From: Priapulus caudatus
Lineage: Eukaryota
NCBI RefSeq assembly: GCF_000485595.1
Contig: NW_014577088.1
Location: 1,073,505 to 1,118,094 of the forward strand
Reading direction: 5' to 3'
Length of the DNA: 44,590 bases
Of this stretch, positions 31,286 through 44,456 are shown piece after piece. Every line of letters begins with the position of its first letter. Position 1 is the stretch's first letter. The notes below the pieces were generated by a model that saw nothing but the letters and a program-made list of their open reading frames with translations, did no database searches and was not told the origin of the DNA. A program made the translations under genes and the position numbers.

Positions 31286-33911
31286 GTTTGAAAGAAGTGT
31301 TATATGCTTCACTCAATGGCTGCTAACTGTTAATCCAACAGGGTTATATGCTTCGTTAATGGGCACTATTTAAGTAGTACTACTCCTCAGTAGTACCCAG
31401 TAAGGCTATATATATTCTGACACCGCGATATTCGCGGGTATATAGATATGTAAGACGTATAGGTAAATTCTACACATTGTTAAAATCGCTATTTGTTTCT
31501 TGAAAATAAAAATACCTCTGCCCATTTTCCTTAAAAACTTTCCACATATTTTTTCTATGCCTCTATCTTTCTTTACCCTCACATTAATAATTCTCCCCCC
31601 CCCCATCCCGCGCGCGCTCTCTCCCTTCCCCTCGCTCTTGCTCACTCTTTCGGTCTCTTTCCCCACCTCTCTTGCTCACTCTTTCGGTCTCTTTCCCCAC
31701 CTCTCTTGTTCTATTTTACCGCGTCTCTGAAACTTTTTTTACAGTTGCCTTTCTCTCACACAATCATACTCTATTCCCTTACCATCTCCTCCGCTCTCTT
31801 CTCCGTCAATGTCTTCATTCAGTTTTACCTTCTTACTCATCCCTTTTATCGTTATCACTCCCACCTGTCCCCCTCACCTCTCCCTTTCCTTTCCTTTCCC
31901 CTGTCTCTCTCCCTCGATTACAATTTCTATCTATATTGCTCTTCCTTTATTCGCCTTCTTTATTAGTATATTTGCTTTTCCGTGGAATCCCGGGCCGCGA
32001 CGCCTATGCAAACACATCGGGTCGCGTCATGTTTTGCTTTCATATATGCCGTTCTTAATCGAGCTGAATAGAAGATGACAGTTTAAACATGTTCGCGGTT
32101 TACATTGCTTATCTTCTCCATATAATGCAGTGAATGCTCGTGAAGCGTCATCTAGTCGAGAACCGTGGTGTTGTCGGTATGTGGTTCGAGGTGATTTCAT
32201 TGTTGTAAGTATACGTGTCAACGCATTATCTGTGCCGCACTGCAATAAACCGTCCTATTTTCAATAAGCCGAATCGTCGGTGTTTGCCTATATTCATACT
32301 AACGTCAGCAGCTTCCCATGCGCAGTCAGATAGCCACGTATAATTTTGTATTAGACTTAGTTCTTAACTCGTTCGCGGCCGAGGCCAAGGCAGCTATATA
32401 ATCAGGGCGGGGGGCAATCTGTTATGCTCTCGACACCAAGTAGAATAGTAGCACGCGTGCGGTGTGTTCACACGTGGTTACGAATGTTTACTGTTTCACT
32501 CGTCACCCATTTACGCAACACATCACGGTAAGGTGGAAATAAAATTGCAATTTAGCCAACCTATAATATCTTAACAACATACAATATTCGCAAACCATAA
32601 TTACGCCACCGATTTTTTGCCACTGCTTTGGATAGTAGCGGTGAAGGGATAGACGTAGGACCCGTCACAGCGCTTAGTAATACCGCATTGCCACAACTGA
32701 CCATCGCTACAGAGAAGGGATCATAAACCCTGATATATTTTAGTAGTTAAACTACTGGAATGAAACGAACGAACGTAACCATGAGAATAATTACCAGTTC
32801 CAAGTGTATACGTGTACGTACCGATCTACAACGCCAAAATAGTTTGTTTTATATAATTAAGCATATAATAATGGAAAGTTAATGTTTCGCATAATGTACA
32901 TTCGTTAATGTTAACCACCGTTAACAATTAACCGTTAATGTTAAGTCACGTTAACCAGTAAAACATTCGTGGAACACAACAGTAATGCGCATGGTATAAA
33001 GTTACATTGAAAACGTATAGGTTTTGTTGCAGACTGCATCTTTTGAAATATATATAGACGTTAATCAATTTAAGTATTTAAATAGTATGTACCGTATTAT
33101 TGTTTTCAGGACAGAAAAATTGACTCGGCATTTTACATTATTGAAGCAATCGCACCCGAAATCCAATTAGATGTAAAAATATAATGTCACTAAAAAAGTT
33201 TTACCCAACTTGTAAATTATAGTGAACCGGTAGAGAAAGCTGATACCGCTTACCCGAGCAGAATCAATAGATTATTTTCACAAAAAAGAAAATTGGACTT
33301 TTTCACTCGCATTCGCGCTGAAATTTTCCGTTTACATTTAATAGTCTAACCCGTCTAGTTCTTGTTGTAATGGTGATTGCCAATGCGGGTGCAATTTCAC
33401 GGTTTGCTCTTTGCGTGTTTCTCTAATCTGCTGGATATTCCGGACCGTAGATTCATCTCAATCCGAATATGCCCTTTCCTGGCGACATCTGTCGGTGTGA
33501 ATCGTCGCTACTGTGGCCAGTATCCGCGACTCGCTTGCTGTGTGAAACCAGGCCGTGTTGTTTGAGCGAAATCTCAAATAAACTCGTTATGATTCGAACT
33601 GAACTATAGCTCAGTTAGTAAAGATTCATACTAACGCTAGTTTTCAAACAGATTCTTCATCACGGGCGCTTAGCAAACGAAAACAAATTTTGTTATAGCG
33701 TCCACTCAATGAGGGCTATACGCACCAGCTACGTATAATTCATTTATTCCAATAGCCTATTTCTTAATAGTTATCCGTTATGCCCATTAAACGATTGTTT
33801 GCCGCATTACGCCAGGGCGCAAAACCATGAAAAGTTACAGCTCAGTTATAGAAACTATCGATGCGCAGAGCACATAGTTATGACATTCAACAGACGCCCC
33901 ATCTTACATGC

Positions 33912-34292
33912 GTCACTGGAGTGGGGCATTTAAAATAATTGATGAGGCTGTTTCCGAAAACCTTTCTAAATTAAAACAGCTGGTATACATGCAGTCTAAA
34001 CATTACGACTCAATTATGGGGAACATTCGCCGACATGCTTTCACGAAAACGTCGTTCATATGCTACAGTACAGGAACGCAATTAACACGGAAAAAGTGAG
34101 AGACAACTGCGATCCTTAAATGAACAGCCAAAATAACTGTGCCCAATTAAAATTAAGTGTATTGTTTTAGACTTAATATAAAATGCTCTCGATGCGATTC
34201 ACCTAATAAATAGTTTCGATTAAGAATCAGTTATATCCCGACGCTCCTTCCTGATATATTAGATATTAATTTAAATGCCACACTCCAGTGAC
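33912..34292. mobile_element. Putative MITE with about 25-bp TIRs
   Basis: GTCACTGGAGTGGGGCATTTAAA / TTTAAATGCCACACTCCAGTGAC. No TSD found. Confidence 0.55.
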
Positions 34293-35349
34293 ACGGTGTT
34301 ATAACACCGTCATGAATTCAAAAATACGTATATCGTTGTAAATTCACAAAATATTATCTTGACGTACAATCTGTCAGACACGTGGACTATGCTTGGGCGT
34401 GGACACGTGGACGTGCAAGATTTAGAAGCCACACTAAGCCTCGGCTACAGACGTGTTTCCATTCAGAGAACACGCCATCCTCCTGCATAAATATAGGTAC
34501 CTGTACGTGCCGCCCAGAGCATTATTTAAGAGCGTGCGCGCCACATTCTAACAACATATCGCAACATTTTCTTATAACGATAGTCTTTCCCCTGACCACC
34601 TATCAATGAGTCACTTATTTCTACGGTGATAATACGCTATTTCGCATTATAACGTGAGCCGATCCAAACTTGCCGACACGAAATGCCAGAAGAACGTGAT
34701 AGAAACAATCAGTTGGACGCGCTTTCCCTTTATAAATCATAAAAGAATGCGAAAATAGTTTCGGAATGAATATTATGTCGTAACGGGCTAAACCGTTTGT
34801 ATCTTCCAACTACTATAGTACTGTCGCGGTCACTGTGCATGAAACGACAGGGCTCCACATTTTTCCTAGCCTGCACAACAGCGTTTTCATTAGTTATACC
34901 GTCTACGTCATTTTAGGCCTCCTGGTTTGGCTGTTTACCAGACGGCACTTGCTATGACTGCTAGCATGTCCGTGAGTCCCTTCGAGGGAAATGGCCATCA
35001 GCCCGCGGTGTGAGCCCTGCGGTGTGACGTCATACATTCCGCACTCGGTGGCCTTCTTTCGCGAGCCGGCATCCGCAAATAATAAAAGAATTTGCGAAAT
35101 GCGATGCACGGCGGACTGTTTCCCAGGGTTTCCGCGACGCCGCCAGCCGAACACCTGCAAGTGTCGATTTCGCCACGTCTGTCCGTGCTGAATGCACGCC
35201 ATTCTGAAGCATACCTGCAGTCGCAACAATAGCCCAGCAGGGGGCGTGCGCGAGATCGTGCCTTTCGCCCGTTTCCCCGCGATGCTAAAGTGCGCTATTG
35301 TTGCGCGGGTTCGCCGGCGTGCGGGACACACCTGTGTAAGCTTCTATCC

Positions 35350-35351
<2 letters not shown>

Positions 35352-35410
<59 letters not shown>

Positions 35411-35535
35411 GCGCTCTCTCTCTCTCTTTCTCTCTCTCTTTCGCGCGCGCTCTCTCTCTTTCTCTCTCTTTCTCTCTCTCTCGCTTGCTCTCTCCTTTCT
35501 CGCTCTCCCTCTCTCTTTCTCGATCCCTCTCTCTA
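35352..35535. repeat. (CT)n microsatellite
   Basis: Direct tandem run. Confidence 0.95.
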
Positions 35536-36099
35536 TATATAACGGGGGCAGCGGCTACCTTTACCGGGATTGCACTCGACCCCGTGTTACACAAAATCGG
35601 GTGGTTTGTGGCAAAGCCTAATTTCATCCATGCCATCAGGAGATGATTTCTAATGAGAATTTCAAATGACGTCTTTCGCGTCTGGCACTGTCTAGACTTC
35701 CTGGGCTTATACGAGAGACTATAAAAGCATAGCGCCACAGAAATGTTGAATCCGGTATGTAGGACTAACGAACTAGGTCGCAAATCTCATGGTGCATTTA
35801 CAATTCGCCAGATGTAGGCCCTATGGGGTTAATTCCTGGAAAGCCATTGACAAATAAAACTCTGCGTTGGCGGAGAGAATTTTATTAAACAAGATGACGC
35901 TATCGGACCACTAACTTTATGCGATTCCGCGAAGCTTTCGCGTGGGCGCGAATCTTCCCCATAAGGCCCCCAAGCTTCCTGTCGTAAGGCTACTAAATTT
36001 TTGCCGTAATATATCCACGCTTCCATCCGCAATGCCCCAACGAATCCCTCTGTATTACATTCACGTTTCCCTTTGCAAGACCTCTAAACTTCTCTGCGC

Positions 36100-37322
36100 A
36101 TTACCTCCAGGCCTCCCTCCTCAATACCTCCAGGCTTCTCTACTCCATACCTCCAGGCTTCCCTCCTCAATACCTCCAGCCTTCCCTATTCAATACCTCC
36201 AAGCTTCCTTACTCAATACCTCCAAGCTTCCCTCCTCAATACCTTCAAGCTTTCCTCCTCAATGCCTCCAGGCCTCCCTCCTCAATACCTTCAGCTTTCT
36301 TTTCTCAATATCTCCAGGCTTCCCTTCTTAATACCTCCAGTCTTCCCTCCTCAATACCTCCAGCCTTCCCTACTCAATACGTCCATGCTTCCCTCTTCAA
36401 TACCTCCAGGCTTCCCTCCTCAATACCTCCAGCCTTCCCTACTCAATACCTCCAGGCTTCCCTTATTAATACCTCCAGCCTTCCCTCCTCAATACCTCCA
36501 GGCTTCCCGCCTGAATACCTCCAGGCTTCCCTTCTTAATACCTCTAGCCTTCCCTCCTCAATACCTCCAGGCTTCCCTTCTCAATACCTCCAGGCTTCCC
36601 TCTTCAATATCTCCAGGCTTTCCTCCTCAATACCTCCAGGCTTCCCTTCTCAATACCTCCAGGCTTCCCTCCTTAATACCTCCAGGCTTCCCTTTTCAAT
36701 ACCTCCAGGTTTCCCTCCACAATACCTCCATGCCTCCCTCCTCAATACCTCCAGGCTTCCCTTCTTAATACCTCCAGCCTTCCCTCCTCAATACCTCCAG
36801 GCTTCCCCCCTCAATACCTCCAGGCTTCCCTCCTCAATATCTCCAGGCTTCCCTTTTTAATACCTCCAGGCTTCCCTCTTCAATATCTCCAGACTTTCCT
36901 CCTCAATACCTTCAGGCTTCCTTCCTCAATACCTCCAGGCTTCCCTCCTCAATACCTCCAGGTTTCCCTCCTCAATACCTCCAGGTTTCCCTACTCAATA
37001 CCTCCAGGCTTCTCTCCTCAATACCTCCAGGGTTCCCTCCACAATACCTCCAGGCTTTTCTCTTCAATACCTTCAAGCTTTCCCCCTCAATGCCTCCAGG
37101 CCTCCCTCCTCAATACCTTCAGGCCTCCCTCCTCAATATATCCAGGCTTACCTCCTTAATACCTCCAGGCTTCCCTTCTCAATACCTCCAGGTTTCCCTC
37201 CTCAATACCTCCAGGCTTCCTTCCTCAATAGCTCCAGCCTTTCCTCCTCAATACCTCCAGCCTTTCCTCCTCAATACCTCCAGGCTTCCCTCCTCAATAT
37301 CTCCAGGTTTCCCTGCTTAATA
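36100..37322. repeat. 23-bp minisatellite, about 53 copies (CTCAATACCTCCAGGCTTCCCTC)
   Basis: Regular tandem array with substitutions but near-constant unit length. Confidence 0.97.
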
Positions 37323-37626
37323 CTTGGCTTTCTTCCTGAATATCTTGAGGCTTCCAATTGCAAACCTATGGGCGTTGCATTCATATTTATATTGTGTTAA
37401 ATCCAAGAAATTTAACTTACTATCGACATTTTCGATCTCCCTTCGGGAAATCTTCATCAGGATGTGACGTCACCATAGGTGGCAGCAGGTGACATCATGA
37501 AGTTCGTGATGTGTTACACTCGAGGGAGTCTGCCGCTATGGGCTTTATTCGATAATTCCCCCTATTCTTTCCTCCGTGATGCCCTTAGCCGTTGCTATCT
37601 AACAGTTGCGCGGAACATGATATTAT

Positions 37627-37674
37627 CAAGAGCGTATAAAGAAGTACCTTCGATACCTTCTTTATACGGTCTTG
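37627..37674. mobile_element. CAAGAGCGTATAAAGAA-family footprint with 7-bp TSD
   Basis: CAAGAGCGTATAAAGAAG...CTTCTTTATACGGTCTTG flanked by ATATTAT. Confidence 0.82.
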
Positions 37675-38497
37675 ATATTATGCGTAATGCCATCCTCGAG
37701 TAAGATGTAAACGCGTTGTTGCTGCGAACTGGCAATCGGCAGTTCGATTGTTTACTTCTTCTGACCATCGCTATCGGTATCGTATAGCGTTGACCGTACC
37801 GTTATAGGGTGAGGTTGATATCTGCGAACCAAAGCATGCACGGCTAAGTGGTTTGTGGAGAGTGTGAGCGGATAAAGAGATGAGTATTGCTGAGGGCAAA
37901 CGAACACATGGACTGGTGAGTAGATAGGTGCGAACAAGAGATGAACTTATGGAAAGATAAACTTGAGAGTAAATATTGCTGCAGACGACGCAGGTAGGCC
38001 ATTCTATGACGTGGTAGATTTTCTCACCTTCAGGAACGGTGCGCCAATCGGCTTATTACCACTAAGCAAAGACGCAGCCGCACAGTACTACACGAGTGAT
38101 ATTGAATTCCCCAGTGGTCTGACAACCAATTTCCTGTCTTTGTAGGTTGAATATTTCTGTGCATAAAGCGGATTAGACAAGGAGGTTTAGGAGAATAGAC
38201 ATGATCGGCCGTGCAGCAGCCCCCCAAACAGAGCGGTTTTCACCACGTCGTGTTTGCTCTCGCGAAAGCAAAGGGGTCCTCGCAGGCTATTCATGCCAGC
38301 GCTATGTTGTATGAATTACTGACAGTCCTCAGTTCGGCATGGGCAAGTGTCGGATCAACAGTCGAGTGTGGTCGATGCGAACCAGGATAGTTATAAGACC
38401 GACAAATGTCTCCGTACAATAGGTATACATGCGAACGCCTAGCGAACTGTCTGTCGTGGTTAAATTACCAACCGTTTGTGCATGCAGGTGGATGCGT

Positions 38498-38577
<80 letters not shown>

Positions 38578-38610
38578 TGCGAGCGTGCGTGCGAGCGCGC
38601 GCGTGCGCGT
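38498..38610. repeat. (GT)n/(GCGT)n microsatellite
   Basis: Direct tandem run. Confidence 0.95.
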
Positions 38611-38656
38611 TCGTGGTCGCATGCCCTTGTGTTTGAATCAGCCTGTCTGCACGTGC

Positions 38657-38762
38657 CACTGATATCTATAATATATTATATAATTATATATAATATATAA
38701 TATATAATATAATAATATAATATAATATAATATATAATATAATTATAATATAGAGATCAGTG
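38657..38762. mobile_element. Footprint-like mini-element with an internal (TATAA)n expansion and 8-bp TSD
   Basis: Ends CACTGATATCTATA / TATAGAGATCAGTG, flanked by GCACGTGC. Confidence 0.82.
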
Positions 38763-39359
38763 GCACGTGCACGTGTGCGTGCGTGCGTGTGCATGCGTGT
38801 GTTCGCGCGTGTGTTTGTGTATATTGTGCAAGGTGTGAGTGGTCACACGGACAGCTGGCGTATGTAGAGTATTGCTATATGCTACTTACTCTTATTGGCA
38901 GAAGTCAAGTTAACTGAGCTCAGTAATGAAAACAATCACATCCTTATCATCGCTACAAGCTTTGCAATTATCTTGGCTACTGAACATTGTGGCGCTATGC
39001 GGACTGTATTATGTTGCTGGTGTCACCACGAAAAACGCGAGGCGTACTTATCCACCATAGCCACGTAGAAACCAAATTACACTCTCAGTACAATGGGAAA
39101 ATGTGGGGAAAATGTGAGCGCGTGCGGGCGGATATCATTAAAAGCAAAGAGTCCAGTCCTAGCACCTTTTTTCAAACCAGTAAGATAGAGAAAATGTGTG
39201 ATACCGATGGAAGGGCGTGAGGGACGGCAGAAAAATTACAGAGGGTGAGATAGAGACCAAGAATTAAAGAATTGAGCGAAACGAAAAATGGAGGGTCGAG
39301 AAAGAAAAAAAAAGAAGAGAAGGGGAAGTAGGATAGACAGACACAGAGAGAAATAGGCT

Positions 39360-39371
39360 GAGAGATAGATA

Positions 39372-39409
<38 letters not shown>

Positions 39410-39410
39410 T

Positions 39411-39444
<34 letters not shown>

Positions 39445-39500
39445 TGTGTGTGTGTGTGTGTGTATGTGTGTGAGAGAGAGAGAGAGCGGGGGAGAGAGCG
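39360..39500. repeat. (AG)n/(GT)n compound microsatellite
   Basis: Direct tandem runs. Confidence 0.93.
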
Positions 39501-40254
39501 AGATAGCAAGAGAGCGACTGGACGAGCGACTCAGAGGGCGAGCGAGTCACTTAGCGGGCATCTGCGGCCGTCCGCTACGAAGCACATGTTTGACTTCATT
39601 CACCATAAACAAGTAATTACTAAACGCCATCATGCGTTTTTGTTTAGAACTATTCACTTATAATTACTTCAAGGGCCGCAGTTTGTAACATTATACGAGG
39701 GTATGCGAAGTATGGAACATTTCGCAAACCGACGCAGGATTCCGAAGCTGGAAATTCCGCCAGTCATATCTTATATGCGTTTCGAAAGTGACTAAGTGGG
39801 TTTTCCGTTAATGTGGTTGTGGGCGCAAACAAACAATTTCTAATTACGCGCGCCGGTATGTGAGCATTATAGAGAAGCTGCCGCTTTCTGGCCATTTTTC
39901 TTCGTCAGTCTTCGTTTTCATAGTATTCGATCTGTGCCTGTGATGTTACATGCTGCTAACTATACCGTAAGTGTTGCATATATGTTGCTTCTGCTCTTGT
40001 GAGCTTTTATTATACTCCCGCCCATGTTTTTAAACAACCATGCATTGCTCGCGGGTGAGCTCTGTCTGTGATATATAACTCGTTCGACAATAGGAATAAC
40101 GATTGATCCCATTGATTTTTGTGACATAATCGCTGCCGCAGAAGAGTTATGAATATATATAAATATTGATAAGTGTTTTGTGGCTACGCCCCACTGACCA
40201 TCGTTGCCTGACTATAAGCTTAGAATAAAACCACGTGATTTCGTATAGCTTTCG

Positions 40255-40485
40255 TGTGCGTGAAAAACCTGAGCTGGTCGGCTATAATATATGGCTAACA
40301 CTGGTTGTAGGATATATATACTATAGCTTTGTGTCAGCTAATGTGTCTGAGGATTTTACAAACTCTGGTTATGACCACATCCCACTCTTGACTGAGGTAG
40401 CAAGGCATGCATGGATATAAGATGCCTATACCCGATTACAAAGCTAGTCAATCATAGTTCAGATTTTATGTGGATGACTACTAAA
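40255..40485 (+). pseudogene. Possible highly decayed piggyBac-like transposase fragment
   Basis: KPELVGYNIW....GYIYYSF resembles the piggyBac motif KP.K.G.KIW...GY...F. Downstream FYVDDY, in another frame, resembles the DN(W/Y)F catalytic motif. Weak. Confidence 0.3.
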
Positions 40486-42051
40486 GATTTATTCCCCACA
40501 AGGGAAAACTATAAGCGTTATAACTGCAAGCCCACGCAGACCACCTTCTAGGGACCGTTTGTTATCCGAAAGTTGTTTTTTTTAGCCCCGGCTTGTACGT
40601 ATGTTTGCAAAACTGTTTGAAATCCGAGGCGCTTCGGCTGCAACTGTTGATCCGGGCCTGGTGGCGCTGCGATCGTTCGGCAGGCGATCGTAGTGAGACA
40701 GACTATAGCGTCATTGTCGGGCCGCATGCAGCAGCAGCACGCGGGGCGGGCTCGCGCTCTACTCGCCAACAAACACGACGCCGAGATCGAAATCATAACA
40801 GCCGCAAACTCGAATAATTTGTTTATCGTTGTCGTTCTTTTGATGTAAATGTAGCGAGTGATCGCTTGTTGTTTTTCGGCGGTAAAAAATCACTCCGCCA
40901 CGGCTCGCGCTAAGCCGTAGCAGCTGCGCTCGGTTTGCGAGTTGTCAGCTTCATCGAGCTGCGCGCTGCAGCGCACCGCCGCTTCATAACCGCTAAGCCG
41001 ACTTTTTACTCGTTATGCCAGTAGCCGCGCATATCTGCTACGAGTAAGCCGATAGTGTGGAGTTACAGGCCGTGTAAGCCAGGGTCTCGTCGTGCCCAAA
41101 GCCAGCTACTGTATACATTTGCACATTAGCGTTGAGCCGCTAACGAGTCTCTGCTCTGTCTTCACTTGCTGGAAAAAATGGCGTTGGGTAACGCGGCATT
41201 GTGGCTGTGCAGCAAACAGAGCTGTCAATTAAAATAGTTTCTTAATAGATCGCATGAAGGCGGGAACAACATTTCAGTTGCAAAGAGCCACGCGCATGCG
41301 CACACTCCGCGCCAGCCCCGACATATGCCGCAGGCGCTTTTAGGCAGTGACATCATCGGGAAATATTCTACTTTTCGCGAAATGCTTAGGGGAGAGGCGG
41401 ACTGGCACCAATCTGACTTTTCTTATCCGCATGCTTGAAGCGATGCGCATCGTAACAGGCACGTGAGGACGGTGTCCGTCTAAAATTCCTGGGCGTGCAG
41501 CCATCTCGAAGTTTAAGAGCCATTAGTTTTGCCAGACTGCGTGGCTCTACCACGGGAAATCTCAAGGACGGTGCTTGCCTCACATGCAAGCACGTGATAC
41601 CATTCGTGCGTTGCCATGTGATACGCAGACGCTGCCTCGCTCGAAGTCTCTCTATTTATATAGTAACCTGTTTTTACAAATTACTTAGATTATTATGGGA
41701 CCCTATTTTTATTGTATTAACATCACGTATAGTTGATCTAAGATATTGATATTTCAAGAAACAGATTTGTTCTTTATAACTGTATTTCAATCACGTGAAT
41801 TGCGATGATTTTCCATACATTATATATTCCATATACATAGTTGCTCTCAGCAGCTCCCTTATTACAGCTCACCACACATTTGCCACCAGATGTACCGTCA
41901 CATTCTGGTGTTGTAAGCAGTACGCGGAAACTATCGCTCAAACGTTCATCGCAGTCTGTTTCTGTCCATCACACATCTGCATCGATTATGAATCGTAGTC
42001 CAATAAATATTATGACATGGCATACCCTGCAGGCAGATCGCGGTGTTAACA

Positions 42052-42053
<2 letters not shown>

Positions 42054-42150
<97 letters not shown>

Positions 42151-42200
42151 CTCTCTCTCTCCCTTCTCTCTCTCTTTCTATCTCTCTCTCTCTCTCGCTG
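42054..42200. repeat. (CT)n microsatellite
   Basis: Direct tandem run. Confidence 0.95.
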
Positions 42201-44400
42201 TCACTCGCGTTTCCCCCTCTCCCCCTCTCTCTTCTCCCCTTTCTCATTCTTTCTATATTCTTTTCTTTCTTCATTTACTTCGATATTTCTGTATTTCTTT
42301 ACGTATGTATTTATTTGTTCTCGCTAATACTACCACTCCCTCTCTTTTCACGTCGACATCTCTGTGCGCGCGTTCTCTCTTTATATGTCTCTCTTGAACA
42401 CCCTCTTACTTGCTTAATCCAATCCGGTCTTATACTAGCTCCTATATCAATCCGCTTTCCACGTTTCTTACTCTCGCCGTTTCTTTTCCTGCACGCGAGA
42501 ACTCATATTTGCGAGTAAGTGCAAAGTGGCCTCGCTCTCTTCTTTTGGTTCGTTTCTGGCTGTTAACAATAATCGCCCTTATACACTATACACCCCTTAT
42601 ACTATACACCGACATTCCGCCCTGTCGAGCTGCTCTGATACATTACCCCATCGATCGCAAATCGGCGTTCGTCTTGTTTACCACTGTTATGATTAAATTC
42701 GCGCAATCACCTGAACGAACAAGCGAAGCAGACGATCTTAGCACGCGCGCGCATCCCCTACCGTTCTCGGGTTCGCATCGGGCGGCTGCGATCAGGCGAA
42801 GCCGCCATCTGCCCCGTGTTTATTCCGCGGGTGCTATGCACCTTCGATGCTTGAAAGCTTTTAGCGACACATCCAGGCAAGCGCGTCGGCCGGGACGCCG
42901 CTAAATACATGCAGGTTGCGCGAGCACGTGAGCCGGAAATGTCGGCTAAAATCCTACTTTTACAAGTAGCTTCTATCGCCCCATGCACTCGCAGTCGGCG
43001 CGAACGCGATAGACCGACCATCCGTCAAACATGGCTGCGGCGGGCCACCAGCGCGATCGCTAGCTCATACGAGTGGGTGGTCGGCCATGTTTGGATCGGG
43101 GTTTGGCAGGTATGAAGCGTAAACTTACTAGAAGACTTAAAAGAGCGAGAGCATCGGAGAGTGGGCGCGGGTTTTTTCATCGGGCATGAATTTCTAGACA
43201 AACAGCCGCATCGCACCACGGGTGGCGCTTGCGGCGCCGTCAGCAGACGAGATCATGTAACATCAAGGAACACATTTATTATCCTGGGCAAAACGATTTT
43301 TTTCAATAATTTATTCGCCTTCACACAACACCGTATTCACCGAAACACCTTCACATACGGATGTTACCCTGCATACTGAAACACTATAGAAACCACGTGC
43401 ACGGACTCTTGAAACGTATTTATGCATAGCCGGTTACACATACGCGAGGAGGAAAGCTGTTCCTACCAGAGAGGTTTACCTCTCTAATCTCACGCTGTCA
43501 GACTACGGCAATGAGGCACCCAGTCGACGTTTGCCCGGCCACCATCTGTCCGCCTGAGAAACGCGGAAGATTCTCTATAAAGTATATTTTTGGACGTTTT
43601 ACATCGCTGGCGTCTGCACATGATTAGAACGAGCGAATGAGAGGGGAATAGAGAACGAGAGCGATATATATATATATATATATATGAGCCGACAGACATT
43701 CCTACCGCTGATGGCAGGTAATGTGTTGCCCCAGTTCCACTTCCTACTACGCGATGCACCTCCGGGCACACACCCTAGTCTACAAGTAAACCTGAGCCTC
43801 GTTTTCTGATCTCGGCCGAATCGTGTGTCTGGCTTCCTATTTGTATAACTAGCTAATTAAAGCTCACGTCCTAGTTCCGATAGTACCCCATGCCAATGTC
43901 TGGCCACTGGAGTACATAGCAGAAACCATATCTAGTTTCTGAGATGACGGGAACGCCAACCCGTACTCTACACGACTGACATGCGGCTTCAATCCACCTC
44001 CTGCCAAAACCTGCAGCGCTCACATTCCTCATACGATCTGACGGTGCTGCGAAGTGGCGGTATAAGAACCATAGCAGCCGCATCGTGCGACTGCGCGCAG
44101 CGTGTCTTTGAAGCGATCAACCGACAGTGGTTTCCGTGGCGCAATGATGGGGAGTGCCGCTTGACCGGCGATACACGGTAATTGCCAGGAGTTGCCTCCA
44201 AACAAAGACGGCTATTGTTTACACTTGAAACCACCCACAGCTGCGCACGTCCGCCCCGCGCGCGGTCTGCTCAAACTTCAGCCATTGTTTCCAGCCGGTT
44301 TAATGGCGTTTGATCCCTCGAAGTGAGATAATCTGTTAATGACATTAAGTGAGCCGTCATTTCGCATTCTTGCACAATCACTGAGAACTGGTGTTGTGAC

Positions 44401-44403
<3 letters not shown>

Positions 44404-44456
<53 letters not shown>

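Noticed and set aside
31635..31707. Exact 34-bp tandem duplication in a pyrimidine tract
   Set aside because: Ordinary slippage duplication with no further structure.
36100..37322. CRISPR-like array or proline-rich repeat protein
   Set aside because: Head-to-tail 23-bp units with no unique spacers and no cas genes; frames rotate and are interrupted by stops.
37963..38145. 60-aa ORF with protein-like composition
   Set aside because: No recognisable motif, no clear splice partners and a non-ATG start; cannot be supported without a search.
40540..44280. GC-richer patches with short ORFs suggesting a second gene or promoter
   Set aside because: No recognisable domains or phase-consistent exon chain found by eye; small or non-coding exons cannot be excluded.
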